Part shown: in pieces, positions 8,560-17,581 of the stretch
Layout of the letters: the number at the start of each line of letters is the position of its first letter
Position numbering within the stretch: the stretch's first letter is position 1
DNA from: Gloeocapsa sp. DLM2.Bin57
Lineage (GTDB): Bacteria > Cyanobacteriota > Cyanobacteriia > Cyanobacteriales > Gloeocapsaceae
Reading direction: 5' to 3'
NCBI GenBank assembly: GCA_007693955.1
Contig: RECR01000053.1
Coordinates: 7,580-39,579, forward strand
Length of the DNA: 32,000 bases
Program-made: the position numbers and the translations under genes
Notes under the pieces: model-generated
Database searches by the model: none
The model's input: the letters and a program-made list of their open reading frames with translations, nothing else
What the model was told of the DNA's origin: nothing

Positions 8560-8728
8560 CTAAAAAAGAGTATTAATTTAAATTACATTATTTAGTGATT
8601 TAAGAGCCAGAGGATGGAAAATTACTATCTACAGGTTGACCTCTTTGGGATATGATAGGGATTGCAGCAAAAAGCTGTTAAAACAATGAGAACTTGAGCT
8701 TAATATTGATTTAGGAGATTTGGAATTG

Positions 8729-9127
8729 ATGAAAAAATTAATTTCAACCTTAGCTTTAGTAATTTTATGCTGGGGCTGGGTAGGTAATATAGGACAATTA
8801 AGCTGGGGTAAGACCACAGTTTTAGCCGCAGAGACAGAAATTCGTAATCCAGCAGACGAAGTACTAAAAACAGAATACGGTAAAAAAATCGATTTAAATA
8901 ACGCCAACGTGAGATTATTCCGCAAATATAGAGGATATTATCCAAGTTTAGCCGCAAAAATCGTGCAAAATGCGCCTTATGAACAAGTAGAAGATGTACT
9001 GAAAATTCCTGACTTATCAGATCGTCAAAAAGAATTACTATCAGAACATCTCGAAGACTTTGCCGTTACTCCTCCTGCTGATGTCTTCAACGAAGGAGAC
9101 GATCGCTATAATCCAGGGATTTACTAA
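8729..9127 (+). CDS. psbU: photosystem II 12-kDa extrinsic protein PsbU
   Basis: KIDLNNANVRLFRKYRGYYPSLAAKIVQNAPYEQVEDVLKIPDLSDRQKELL is the PsbU helix-hairpin-helix-like core, preceded by a signal peptide. The track start at 8720 is a TTG. I prefer the ATG at 8729, which lies 10 nt after an AGGAG. Confidence 0.9.
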   Translation: MKKLISTLALVILCWGWVGNIGQLSWGKTTVLAAETEIRNPADEVLKTEYGKKIDLNNANVRLFRKYRGYYPSLAAKIVQNAPYEQVEDVLKIPDLSDRQKELLSEHLEDFAVTPPADVFNEGDDRYNPGIY

Positions 9128-9142
9128 GAGCTTAATGAGTAC

Positions 9143-9165
9143 ACCCACTCTGGCGCTGAGTGGGT
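9143..9165 (+). terminator. stem-loop downstream of psbU (terminator candidate)
   Basis: An 8-bp GC-rich stem ACCCACTC/GAGTGGGT (9143-9150 pairs with 9158-9165) encloses a 7-nt loop and is followed by TTATAAT. It covers the GTG at 9160 that the ORF track uses as the nadB start. Confidence 0.45.
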
Positions 9166-9174
9166 TATAATGTC

Positions 9175-10815
9175 ATGATGAAGATTGCTAACCAGTTTGA
9201 TGTATTAGTAATAGGTTCAGGGGCTGCGGGATTATACGCAGCTTTATGCTTACCTGAACATTGGCAAGTGGGTATCATTACCAAAGATACTTTAAAAACT
9301 GGTGCAAGTGACTGGGCTCAAGGTGGGATAGCCGCTTCAATAGATCCCTCAGATTCACCCGAGTTACACCTAGAAGATACAATCAAAGCAGGGGCGGGGT
9401 TATGCGATCGCCAAGCGGTAGAATTTTTAGTTAATCATGCACCAGAAGCGATCGCCTCTCTAGTAGAATTAGGGGTAGCCTTTGACCGCAAAGGAGATAG
9501 ACTAGCGATGACTCTAGAAGCTGCCCACTCTAAACCTAGGGTATTACACGCAGCTGACACCACAGGAAAAGCGATCGTAGCTACCCTAACCGAAAAAGTC
9601 CTAGCTAAACCCAATATCGAGATTTTCCCCCAAACTTTAGCCCTAGATTTATGGTTAGACGAGCAACAACAATGTCAAGGAGTGCAACTACTCTACGAAA
9701 ATCGTCTAGAGTGGATTAAAGCACAAGCAGTGATTCTCGCTACAGGTGGAGGAGGACAAGTATTCGCTCAAACCACTAATCCTGGGGTAAGTACAGGTGA
9801 TGGAGTAGCCTTAGCTTGGCGTGGAGGAGCAATCGTCAGAGACTTAGAATTTATCCAATTTCATCCTACAGCTTTAACCGTACCAGGAGCACCCCATTTT
9901 CTGATTAGTGAAGCAGTCAGGGGAGAAGGAGCATATTTGGTAGATGAAAAAGGCGATCGCTTTACTTTTAATTATCACCGAGCAGGAGAATTAGCCCCAA
10001 GAGACGTAGTCAGTAGAGCAATTTTTAGTCATTTACAAAAACATAGTCCTAATCCAGCCCAAGCACAGGTTTACTTAGACTTAAGTAATATTCCTCCCGA
10101 AAAAATCCGTCATCGTTTTCCCAACATCATCAAAGTCTGTCAACATTGGGGTATAGATATATTTAATCAGTTAATACCAGTTACACCTGCGGCTCACTAT
10201 TGGATGGGTGGTGTCGAGACTGATTTAAACAGTTGTACCTCAATACCAGGACTCTATAGCGTAGGAGAAACAGCTAGTACAGGAGTACACGGGGCTAATC
10301 GTCTAGCGAGTAACTCTTTATTGGAATGTATCGTCTTTGCTGCGCAATTAAAGAAACTTGAGATTAACCCCAGTAGAGATGTACCCAGAGAAACAACCCC
10401 ACAAGAAATAAAAGCTAATTTTAAACGAGATCTAGAAACAATAACTAAAATCAGAGCAGAATTACCCTCTTTAATGTGGCAAAGTGCGGGAATATGTCGT
10501 ACAGGAACAAGACTTAATCAAGCCTTACTAAAAGTCTCGGCGTGGCGTAAAATATTAGCAGAACAACCAATAAAACAACATATAGCTAACTCCACACCTA
10601 CAGAAACCCTGGTTTTTACCTCACCAGAAGCAGTAAATCAGCTACGTCTCTACGCTGAAACGACAAACCTTGTGGATATAGGTTATTTAATCCTTAAAAG
10701 TGCCCTTTTTCGCACAGAAAGTCGCGGAGGACATTATCGTTTAGATTATCCCGATACCCTAGAATCTTGGCAAGTACATACCTTAATTCAAGGCGATCGC
10801 ATTTTGGCAAAGTAA
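9175..10815 (+). CDS. nadB: L-aspartate oxidase
   Basis: It has an FAD-binding N-terminus (FDVLVIGSGAAGLYAAL) plus RFHPTAL-like FIQFHPTAL, GEGAYL, GLYSVGETASTGVHGANRLASNSLLE and ESRGGHYR, as in the NadB/succinate dehydrogenase flavoprotein family. The start was moved from GTG 9160 to ATG 9175 because of the psbU hairpin. Confidence 0.9.
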   Translation: MMKIANQFDVLVIGSGAAGLYAALCLPEHWQVGIITKDTLKTGASDWAQGGIAASIDPSDSPELHLEDTIKAGAGLCDRQAVEFLVNHAPEAIASLVELGVAFDRKGDRLAMTLEAAHSKPRVLHAADTTGKAIVATLTEKVLAKPNIEIFPQTLALDLWLDEQQQCQGVQLLYENRLEWIKAQAVILATGGGGQVFAQTTNPGVSTGDGVALAWRGGAIVRDLEFIQFHPTALTVPGAPHFLISEAVRGEGAYLVDEKGDRFTFNYHRAGELAPRDVVSRAIFSHLQKHSPNPAQAQVYLDLSNIPPEKIRHRFPNIIKVCQHWGIDIFNQLIPVTPAAHYWMGGVETDLNSCTSIPGLYSVGETASTGVHGANRLASNSLLECIVFAAQLKKLEINPSRDVPRETTPQEIKANFKRDLETITKIRAELPSLMWQSAGICRTGTRLNQALLKVSAWRKILAEQPIKQHIANSTPTETLVFTSPEAVNQLRLYAETTNLVDIGYLILKSALFRTESRGGHYRLDYPDTLESWQVHTLIQGDRILAK

Positions 10816-10836
10816 TTAATCATCACAGTAACAATC

Positions 10837-12126
10837 ATGTCACAATCACTTTTTGCAGATGCTAGTAAAAGACTAGAAAAAGCCCTCGATTATATTTCCA
10901 TCTCCGAAGACAGTCTCAAACGTCTTAAATACCCTAAAGCTAGTTTAACCGTATCTATTCCTGTGCGCATGGATGATGGCTCATTAGAGATTTTTCAAGG
11001 TTATCGGGTGCGTTACGACGATACGAGAGGTCCAGGAAAAGGAGGGGTAAGATATCATCCTAGCGTCTCTCTCGATGAAGTCCAATCTTTAGCCTTTTGG
11101 ATGACTTTTAAAGGAGCACTCCTTAATCTTCCCTTCGGTGGTGCAAAAGGAGGGATTACCGTTAACCCTAAAGAATTATCTAAACAAGAATTAGAACGCT
11201 TGAGTAGAGGTTATATTGAAGCGATCGCCGATTTTATTGGTCCTGATATAGATATTCTCGCACCAGATGTCTATACCAACGAAATGATTATGGGATGGAT
11301 GATGGATCAATACTCTATCATTAAACGTCGCATTAGCCCTGGTGTAGTCACAGGTAAACCGATTACTATGGGTGGTAGTCAGGGAAGGACTTCAGCTACC
11401 GCTATGGGTGCTTTTTACGCGATTAACGCTATTCTCCCGAAATTCTCTCAACCACCTGAAAAAACTACCGTTGCTATCCAAGGATTTGGTAATGTCGGGG
11501 GTATCTTAGCTGATTTAATGTCTAAAGTTGGTTATAAGGTTGTGGCTGTTAGCGATTCTCAAGGAGGTATCTACGCTAGTACAGGGTTAGATATTCCTAG
11601 TATTAGACAATATAAAAAAGATGGTTACCCCATGAAAGCAGTTTATTGCTCTAAAAGTGTCTGCAATATTGTAGAGCACGAAAATATTAGTAATACGGAA
11701 TTACTAGCCTTAGACGTAGATATACTTATTCCTGCTGCTTTAGAAAATCAGATTACCGCGGCTAATGCTAAAGATATTCAAGCTAAATATATATTTGAAG
11801 TGGCTAATGGTCCTACTACCTCTGAAGCAGACGAAATTCTAGATAAAAAAGGTATCTACGTCTTTCCCGATATCCTGATTAACGCAGGTGGTGTCACGGT
11901 AAGTTATTTTGAATGGGTACAAAATCGCAGTGGTTTATATTGGACTCTTACAGAAATAAACGAAAAACTCAAAGAAAAAATGGTTGTAGAGGTTGAACAA
12001 ACCTGGGACATCGCTCAAAAACACTCTGTTTCTATGCGCACCGCAGCTTATATCCACGCACTTAATCGTTTAAGTGAAGCTCTCGACGCTAAAGGTACTA
12101 GAGATTATTATAATAATAAAGGTTAA
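10837..12126 (+). CDS. gdhA: Glu/Leu/Phe/Val-family glutamate dehydrogenase
   Basis: 429 aa. It has [11 protein letters not shown] and PFGGAKGG (catalytic Lys region) and a Rossmann GFGNVG. Confidence 0.9.
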   Translation: MSQSLFADASKRLEKALDYISISEDSLKRLKYPKASLTVSIPVRMDDGSLEIFQGYRVRYDDTRGPGKGGVRYHPSVSLDEVQSLAFWMTFKGALLNLPFGGAKGGITVNPKELSKQELERLSRGYIEAIADFIGPDIDILAPDVYTNEMIMGWMMDQYSIIKRRISPGVVTGKPITMGGSQGRTSATAMGAFYAINAILPKFSQPPEKTTVAIQGFGNVGGILADLMSKVGYKVVAVSDSQGGIYASTGLDIPSIRQYKKDGYPMKAVYCSKSVCNIVEHENISNTELLALDVDILIPAALENQITAANAKDIQAKYIFEVANGPTTSEADEILDKKGIYVFPDILINAGGVTVSYFEWVQNRSGLYWTLTEINEKLKEKMVVEVEQTWDIAQKHSVSMRTAAYIHALNRLSEALDAKGTRDYYNNKG

Positions 12127-12131
12127 TAACG

Positions 12132-12239
12132 ATGGTCAAAATTGTTAAACGTGAATCCTGTGGAATACAACCAGTCTATGACATTGGTGTCAGTCAAGAC
12201 CATAATTTTCTGATTAAACAAGGGTTGATTGCTTCTAAT
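12132..12239 (+). other. DnaE split intein C-fragment (IntC, 36 codons) ending in the catalytic Asn, followed by the +1 Cys
   Basis: Residues 1-36 of the ORF end in ...IASN and are followed by CFN. Length and motif are as in characterised cyanobacterial DnaE IntC sequences. Confidence 0.85.
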
Positions 12240-13466
12240 TGTTTTAATAAATCTCACTCTACAGCTTATGCTTATATAACTTATCAGACAGCTTATCTCA
12301 AAGCTAACTACCCTGTAGAGTATATGAGTGCTTTGCTAACAGCTAGTAGCGATAACCAAGAGAAAGTCGAAAAATATCGCGAAAATTGCCAGAAAATGGG
12401 GATAGAGGTACAACCACCCGATATCAATCGTTCTCAAAGAGATTTTACCCCCTCTGGTGACACAATTATTCTCTTTGGGTTATCGGCTGTGCGTAACCTC
12501 GGTGAAGGGGCGATCGAAAATATTTTAAACGCTAGAGAAGCAGCGGGAGGAAGTTTTAAGTCTTTAGGTGATTTTTGTACTCGTGTTGATTTGCGCACAG
12601 TTAATCGGAGAGCATTAGAAACTCTTATTTATTGTGGTGGTTTTGACTCAATTAAATCTAATCGTCAACAATTAATCAATGATTTAGAAGTAGTTATTAG
12701 TTGGGCGCAAACTAAAGCGAAAGAGCAAGCAAGTGGACAAACAAATTTGTTTGATTTATTAGGTAATAATAACGCCAATGAGGGCAATTTTGACCAAGAA
12801 CCAACTTCTAAACCCGTTGAAGATTTTCCTCTTGATGAGAAATTACGCTTAGAAAAAGAGAATTTAGGTTTTTATGTCTCGGAACATCCTTTAAAATCTC
12901 TGCAAAAATCAGCTCGATTATTATCACCTATTAATCTTGAGCAATTACCCGACAAGAAAGCTAGAGAAAAAGTTAGCACTGTAGTTATAATTAATAATCT
13001 TAAGAAGATTATGACTAAAAAAGGTGAACCTATGGCATTTATTCAATTAGAAGATGTTAGTGGTCAAGCTGAAGGGGTAGTTTTTCCTAGTATTTATAAG
13101 AAAATAGAAGCAAATCTACAAGTAAATAATCCACTTATAGTTTGGGGTCAAGTTGAACATAAAGATGAACAGTCACAGTTAATAATTGATGATATTCAAC
13201 CAGTAGAAATTGTTAAAATAGTTATCATAGATTTAGATGTCAATGATGCTTTAGATAACGTTAAAAATAATAATTTAAAAGGTATTATTCAAGAACAATC
13301 AGGAGATAAAACAGAAGCAAAAATTCCAGTAATTGCTAGATTAAAAATGGGAAATGAAAGTAAATTAATTCGCTTTGGTCAAAATTTTTGGGTACAAAAT
13401 GCAGCCTCTTTAGCGGAAGCTTTGACAAATGCTGGTTTTGCAGTACAGGTATCTTCTTTAACTTAA
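12132..13466 (+). CDS. dnaE: DNA polymerase III alpha subunit, C-terminal half of a naturally split gene (IntC + C-extein)
   Basis: The N-terminus [36 protein letters not shown]|[25 protein letters not shown] matches the split DnaE C-intein (Ssp/Npu type, ...DIGxxxDHNFxxxNGxIASN) followed by the CFN extein junction. The rest is the Pol III alpha C-terminal region, including the OB-fold region. Confidence 0.9.
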   Translation: MVKIVKRESCGIQPVYDIGVSQDHNFLIKQGLIASNCFNKSHSTAYAYITYQTAYLKANYPVEYMSALLTASSDNQEKVEKYRENCQKMGIEVQPPDINRSQRDFTPSGDTIILFGLSAVRNLGEGAIENILNAREAAGGSFKSLGDFCTRVDLRTVNRRALETLIYCGGFDSIKSNRQQLINDLEVVISWAQTKAKEQASGQTNLFDLLGNNNANEGNFDQEPTSKPVEDFPLDEKLRLEKENLGFYVSEHPLKSLQKSARLLSPINLEQLPDKKAREKVSTVVIINNLKKIMTKKGEPMAFIQLEDVSGQAEGVVFPSIYKKIEANLQVNNPLIVWGQVEHKDEQSQLIIDDIQPVEIVKIVIIDLDVNDALDNVKNNNLKGIIQEQSGDKTEAKIPVIARLKMGNESKLIRFGQNFWVQNAASLAEALTNAGFAVQVSSLT

Positions 13467-13966
13467 TGATTATGCTTACTACTAAGGTTATTAATAGTTG
13501 GAATTGTCTTGATAATAATGTAGAAATTTATCTCACAGAAATGGATGCTTATATCAAAAATAACCTGGGGATTAATTGTCATTTTATGCTAGTAATTTTG
13601 TTGCAAATAGAAATTAACAATAATCTAGAACAGTCAAAAGATAAATTAAGAGATAATTTTCTTAAATTTTGTCAAAAGTTACAGAATTATCTAATTATTA
13701 ATATTATTGATCCAGCTACAGGGATTTTTTTAGATAATTGTCAGTATAATATTTATGAAAGTATTGATATTCCTCGGGTAATTTCTCGATTGGAAAATAA
13801 TTGTTATCAATATCAAGAATGTTGTCAAGGAAAACATCATCGGTGGGGAGACGCTGTCTATCCTGCTTTAATATTATTGGACTCAACTACTCCTGCAGAA
13901 ATAACAGCTATTTTGAACAAAGATGTAAAGTTTTGTAATAATATCCTGTCTTGTACAAATATCTAA
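13466..13966 (+). CDS. MMADHC-like protein (methylmalonic aciduria/homocystinuria type D family, PF10229-like)
   Basis: IIDPATGIFLDN...CCQGKHHRWGDAVYPALILLDSTTPAEI aligns by eye with the human MMADHC C-terminal FIDPSSGLAFFG...[27 protein letters not shown]. The preferred start is the ATG at 13466, which overlaps the dnaE-C stop (TAATG). The track start at 13388 lies inside dnaE-C. Confidence 0.55.
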   Translation: MIMLTTKVINSWNCLDNNVEIYLTEMDAYIKNNLGINCHFMLVILLQIEINNNLEQSKDKLRDNFLKFCQKLQNYLIINIIDPATGIFLDNCQYNIYESIDIPRVISRLENNCYQYQECCQGKHHRWGDAVYPALILLDSTTPAEITAILNKDVKFCNNILSCTNI

Positions 13967-14043
13967 AGGTCTTGTTAGTTAGTACCTAAAGGTATTAACA
14001 TTAATGTCGGTGGAACAGTTATAAGATAATAAGGGACAAACTG

Positions 14044-15399
14044 ATGATCGCAGTAGCCATATTAGCAGCTGGACGAGGTACTAGGATGAAATCTGACTAT
14101 CCTAAAGTCTTACATACCTTGGGAGGGCGATCGCTCGTAGAAAGAGCTATCAATAGCTGTAATTTAATTAATCCTGCTCATTTTTTCGTTATTGTAGGTT
14201 ACCAAGGAAATTTAGTTAAACAAGCTTTAAACCATCTAGAGGGGATAGAATTTGTCGAACAGTCTCAACAATTGGGGACAGGTCATGCGATCCAAAAACT
14301 GTTACCGATTTTGACGGATTTTGAAGGAGATTTACTGGTTTTAAATGGAGATGTTCCTTTATTGCGTCCTGAAACTATTAATGAATTGCTGATTACTCAT
14401 AAAAATCATGGTAATGCAGCTACTCTCCTCACTGCACATTTACCTAACCCTAAAGGTTACGGAAGGGTTTTCTGTGATGGTCAAAATCTTGTTACCCAAA
14501 TTGTGGAGGATAAAGACTGTAACGCAGCACAAAAGCAAAATCACCGTATCAACGCGGGAATTTATTGTTTTAATTGGCAAAAATTAGCTACCGTTTTACC
14601 CCAATTAACCTCTAATAATAGTCAAAATGAATATTATTTAACTGAAGTATTTAATTATTTAGAACAGGTTATGGCTCAAGATATCCCTGATTACTTGGAA
14701 ATCCTAGGGATTAACGATCGCCAACAATTAGCTACTGCCTATGATATTTTACAAACTAGGGTCAAGGATGCTTGGATGACTAAAGGTATCACTATGGTTG
14801 CTCCTGATACGATCACTATTGATGATTCTGTTCAACTCCATCCTGATGTGGTTATTGAACCTCAAACTCATCTGCGCGGTAATACGGTTATTGGGGCGGG
14901 TAGTCGGATTGGTCCTGGTTCTTTGATTGAAAATAGTCAGATTGGTAATAATGTTACGGTTATGTACTCAGTGGTCACTGATAGTATTGTTGAGTCCCAT
15001 ACTCGTGTTGGTCCTTATGCTCATTTACGTGGTCAAGCTATTATAGGTGAGGGTTGTCGCGTCGGTAACTTTGTAGAGATTAAAAATAGTTCTCTCGGGG
15101 CTAAAACTAATGCAGCTCATCTGAGTTATCTTGGTGATGCTACCTTGGGTGACCAAGTTAATATTGGTGCAGGTACAATTACTGCTAATTATGATGGGGT
15201 TAAAAAACAGCCTACTACTATAGGCGATCGCTCGAAAACTGGCGCTAATAGTGTTCTTGTCGCTCCTGTCAACCTAGGAGCAGATGTCACTGTAGCTGCA
15301 GGATCTGTGGTTACTAAAGATGTTCCTGATGACTCTTTGGTTATTACTCGTCCTCCTCAAGTTGTTAAACCAGGATGGCGTCCTCAACCTGAAGTTTAA
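14044..15399 (+). CDS. glmU: bifunctional UDP-N-acetylglucosamine diphosphorylase / glucosamine-1-phosphate N-acetyltransferase
   Basis: 451 aa. It has the N-terminal [12 protein letters not shown] nucleotidyltransferase motif and a C-terminal left-handed beta-helix with hexapeptide repeats. Confidence 0.95.
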   Translation: MIAVAILAAGRGTRMKSDYPKVLHTLGGRSLVERAINSCNLINPAHFFVIVGYQGNLVKQALNHLEGIEFVEQSQQLGTGHAIQKLLPILTDFEGDLLVLNGDVPLLRPETINELLITHKNHGNAATLLTAHLPNPKGYGRVFCDGQNLVTQIVEDKDCNAAQKQNHRINAGIYCFNWQKLATVLPQLTSNNSQNEYYLTEVFNYLEQVMAQDIPDYLEILGINDRQQLATAYDILQTRVKDAWMTKGITMVAPDTITIDDSVQLHPDVVIEPQTHLRGNTVIGAGSRIGPGSLIENSQIGNNVTVMYSVVTDSIVESHTRVGPYAHLRGQAIIGEGCRVGNFVEIKNSSLGAKTNAAHLSYLGDATLGDQVNIGAGTITANYDGVKKQPTTIGDRSKTGANSVLVAPVNLGADVTVAAGSVVTKDVPDDSLVITRPPQVVKPGWRPQPEV

Positions 15400-15436
15400 C
15401 GTAGATGTTGCATCTGAGGACAAAAGTTACTGATTG

Positions 15437-15500
15437 AGGTAGGGTTTAGGGAGTTCGGTGGAACGGTGGCAGGGTATTATTTTTTTTATATAACATATTT
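15437..15500. repeat. intergenic module: TTAGG-type heptamers + GAGTTCGG + GGTATTATTTTTTTTATATAACATAT
   Basis: Read directly between the convergent glmU and glycerate-kinase stops. It shares GAGTTCGG, TTAGG units and the GTATTAT..TATATAA core with 7034-7100. Confidence 0.4.
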
Positions 15501-15508
15501 CCGTATCC

Positions 15509-16774
15509 CTACTCCCCTCTCCCTCTGGTAACTAAAATAGCGCGAAAATCGTTAACATTAGTCAGGGTAGGACCTGTGATTACTAAAGAGTTTAACTGAG
15601 CAAAAAAAGAATAACTATCATGATTAGTTAAATATTCTTGAGGATTTAAACCTAATTCCCTAGCCTGTTGTAGGGTAAATGGTGTAATAATCGCACCTGC
15701 GTTATTTTCTGAACCATCGATACCATCAGTATCACAAGCGATGGCGTAAACATGGGGTAAACCATCAAGAGCGATCGCCAGAGAGAGGAGAAATTCGCTA
15801 TTAGGTCCTCCTTTTCCCTGTTTAGAGAGGGTTACTGTTGTTTCTCCACCTGAAAACATTACACAGGGAGGGGCGAGGGGTTGTCGATGACGGACTATTT
15901 GTTGTACGATACCCGCGTGAACTATACCTACTTCTTTGGCTTCTCCTTGGATAGAGTCTGAGAGAATAAGGGTGTTATAACCATGAGTCTGGGCTAAATT
16001 AGCCGCCGATTCTAAGGAGATTTCGGGAGTAGCAATCAGGAGATTTTGCACTGTGTGTAGGCGCTTATCCTCGGGGAGAATAACTGGAGAGGGATTAGTG
16101 GTTAGATATTGTTGTAGATGAGGGGATAAGGGTATCTGATATTGGTGGAGAATAGCTAAAGCGTCTGTAGAGGTGATAGAATCCCCAATAGTAGGACCTG
16201 AAGCGATGACGGTTAAATCATCTCCGGGTACATCAGAGATAATTAAACTAACCACTTGAGCCGGATAAGCCGCTATAGCGAGTCTTCCTCCTGCTGAGAG
16301 AGAGAGATGTTTACGTACTGTATTAATTTCTTTAATATTAGCTCCACAGCGTAACAGTTGTTGATGGATATTGATCACATCTTCTAAATTTAACTCGGGA
16401 GGAGGAAGGGTTAATAAAGCTGAACCACCTCCAGAAAGCAGACAAATTACTAAATCATGGGGGGTTAAATTACTAACTAAATTAAATATCTGTTGTGTGC
16501 CTTCTACAGCATTATGATCAGGTATAGGGTGAGAGGCTTCTTTTACTTGTATTTTATCGGTTTTGACCCTATGTCCATAACGAGTAATAACTAAACCCGT
16601 GAGATCTTGTTCCCAATTATCCTCAACAACTTTCGCCATTAAAGCGGCTGACTTTCCCCCACCGACGACGATAGTTTTACCTGTTGGTGGGGGTGGTAAA
16701 AATTTTGCTAGTCGCTGTTGGGGTAAAGCGACGGTTACTGCTTGGTTAAATAGTGTAGTTAATAATTCTCTCAA
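15509..16774 (-). CDS. glycerate 2-kinase / hydroxypyruvate reductase family protein (DUF4147 + MOFRL domains, TtuD-like)
   Basis: 421 aa. VVGGGKSAALMA, LLSGGGSALL and the C-terminal DTDGIDG...TGPTLTNVNDF are typical of MOFRL-family glycerate kinases. The start codon is TTG, and there is no in-frame ATG upstream before a stop. Confidence 0.8.
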   Translation of the reverse strand: MRELLTTLFNQAVTVALPQQRLAKFLPPPPTGKTIVVGGGKSAALMAKVVEDNWEQDLTGLVITRYGHRVKTDKIQVKEASHPIPDHNAVEGTQQIFNLVSNLTPHDLVICLLSGGGSALLTLPPPELNLEDVINIHQQLLRCGANIKEINTVRKHLSLSAGGRLAIAAYPAQVVSLIISDVPGDDLTVIASGPTIGDSITSTDALAILHQYQIPLSPHLQQYLTTNPSPVILPEDKRLHTVQNLLIATPEISLESAANLAQTHGYNTLILSDSIQGEAKEVGIVHAGIVQQIVRHRQPLAPPCVMFSGGETTVTLSKQGKGGPNSEFLLSLAIALDGLPHVYAIACDTDGIDGSENNAGAIITPFTLQQARELGLNPQEYLTNHDSYSFFAQLNSLVITGPTLTNVNDFRAILVTRGRGE

Positions 16775-16859
16775 TTTATGTACTTTTGTAACGTTTCTTT
16801 AAATCAGGGGTGAATTGACGTGATATCATAGATTTTGGCGTTTTTATTTAATTGAAGCA

Positions 16860-16991
16860 ATGGAATTTCTAACTAGTATTTTCAGTAACCTTAACTATGA
16901 AGCGATTGTTCAGTTGACTTTTGTAGCTTTAATTATGCTAGCAGGACCTATTGTTATTTTTGTGCTAGCTTTTCGCGGGGGAGACCTTTAA
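16860..16991 (+). CDS. psb30: photosystem II reaction centre protein Psb30 (Ycf12)
   Basis: Not in the ORF track (43 aa). Hand translation gives [43 protein letters not shown], which matches the Ycf12 pattern (..AQLTxxAxIxxxGPxVIxxLAxRxGNL). Its stop overlaps the rdgB stop region by 4 nt, in convergent orientation. Confidence 0.8.
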   Translation: MEFLTSIFSNLNYEAIVQLTFVALIMLAGPIVIFVLAFRGGDL

Positions 16992-17578
16992 ATGTCTGTA
17001 GAGTTGTCGTTGCTAGTTTCTAGTTGAGACAGTAAATCAGCAAAAGCTAGACCACGATGACTCACCCGTTGTTTTAATTCTGGACTCATTTGGGCGAAAG
17101 TTTGTTGATATTGGGGTACATAAAAAATAGGGTCATAGCCAAAACCATTGCTACCTGTAGGGGTGGTGCTAATTTCCCCGTGACAGATACCGATCGCCGA
17201 AGCAAAAATTGACCCATCAGGAGAGGCGATCGCCACAGCACAGATAAACTGGGCACGTCGATTGGGATTGCCTTCTAATTCTTTAAGTAATTTATTAATC
17301 CGCTCTGAATCTGTTCTAGCATAACGAGCAGAATAGATACCAGGTGCACCGTTGAGAGCTTCCACCGTTAAACCAGAATCATCAGCGATCGCCCATTGGT
17401 TGAGAGTTTTGGCGACGGTACTAGCTTTGAGACGAGCATTTTCAGTGAAAGTCAACCCTGTTTCTACGACCTCAAGTTCAGGAGGTTTTAACTCTAATTG
17501 CCAATCTTTAGCGGTTAAATACTCTTGCATTTCTTTAAGTTTACCAGGGTTACTAGTGGCGACGACTAATTTTTTCAT
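16988..17578 (-). CDS. rdgB: non-canonical purine NTP pyrophosphatase (XTP/dITP diphosphatase, RdgB/HAM1 family)
   Basis: 196 aa. [39 protein letters not shown] and SHRG are Ham1/RdgB signatures. Confidence 0.9.
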   Translation of the reverse strand: MKKLVVATSNPGKLKEMQEYLTAKDWQLELKPPELEVVETGLTFTENARLKASTVAKTLNQWAIADDSGLTVEALNGAPGIYSARYARTDSERINKLLKELEGNPNRRAQFICAVAIASPDGSIFASAIGICHGEISTTPTGSNGFGYDPIFYVPQYQQTFAQMSPELKQRVSHRGLAFADLLSQLETSNDNSTDI

Positions 17579-17581
17579 TTT

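Noticed and set aside
8629-8957. Two overlapping minus-strand ORFs (98 and 85 aa) across the psbU 5' region
   Set aside because: They are antisense to psbU, which has a clear family match. They overlap each other in different frames and have no recognisable motifs.
13388-13465. N-terminal extension of the MMADHC-like ORF as given in the track (start 13388)
   Set aside because: It would overlap the last 79 nt of dnaE-C in another frame. The in-frame ATG at 13466 forms a TAATG stop/start junction, and the recognisable similarity begins downstream of it.
12132-13466. Reading dnaE-C as a truncated pseudogene of dnaE
   Set aside because: The ORF is intact. It begins with a complete 36-aa C-intein ending in Asn followed by Cys-Phe-Asn, exactly as in functional split dnaE genes.
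14006-15464. Identical 10-mer TCGGTGGAAC on both sides of glmU (about 14006 and 15455) as possible direct repeats of an insertion
   Set aside because: Hundreds of repeated 10-mers are expected by chance among all pairs in 32 kb. glmU is a core gene with host-like HIP1 content, and there is no extended flanking similarity.
16599-16802. 67-aa plus-strand ORF over the glycerate kinase 5' end
   Set aside because: It is a shadow ORF of the well-supported minus-strand gene and has no motifs.
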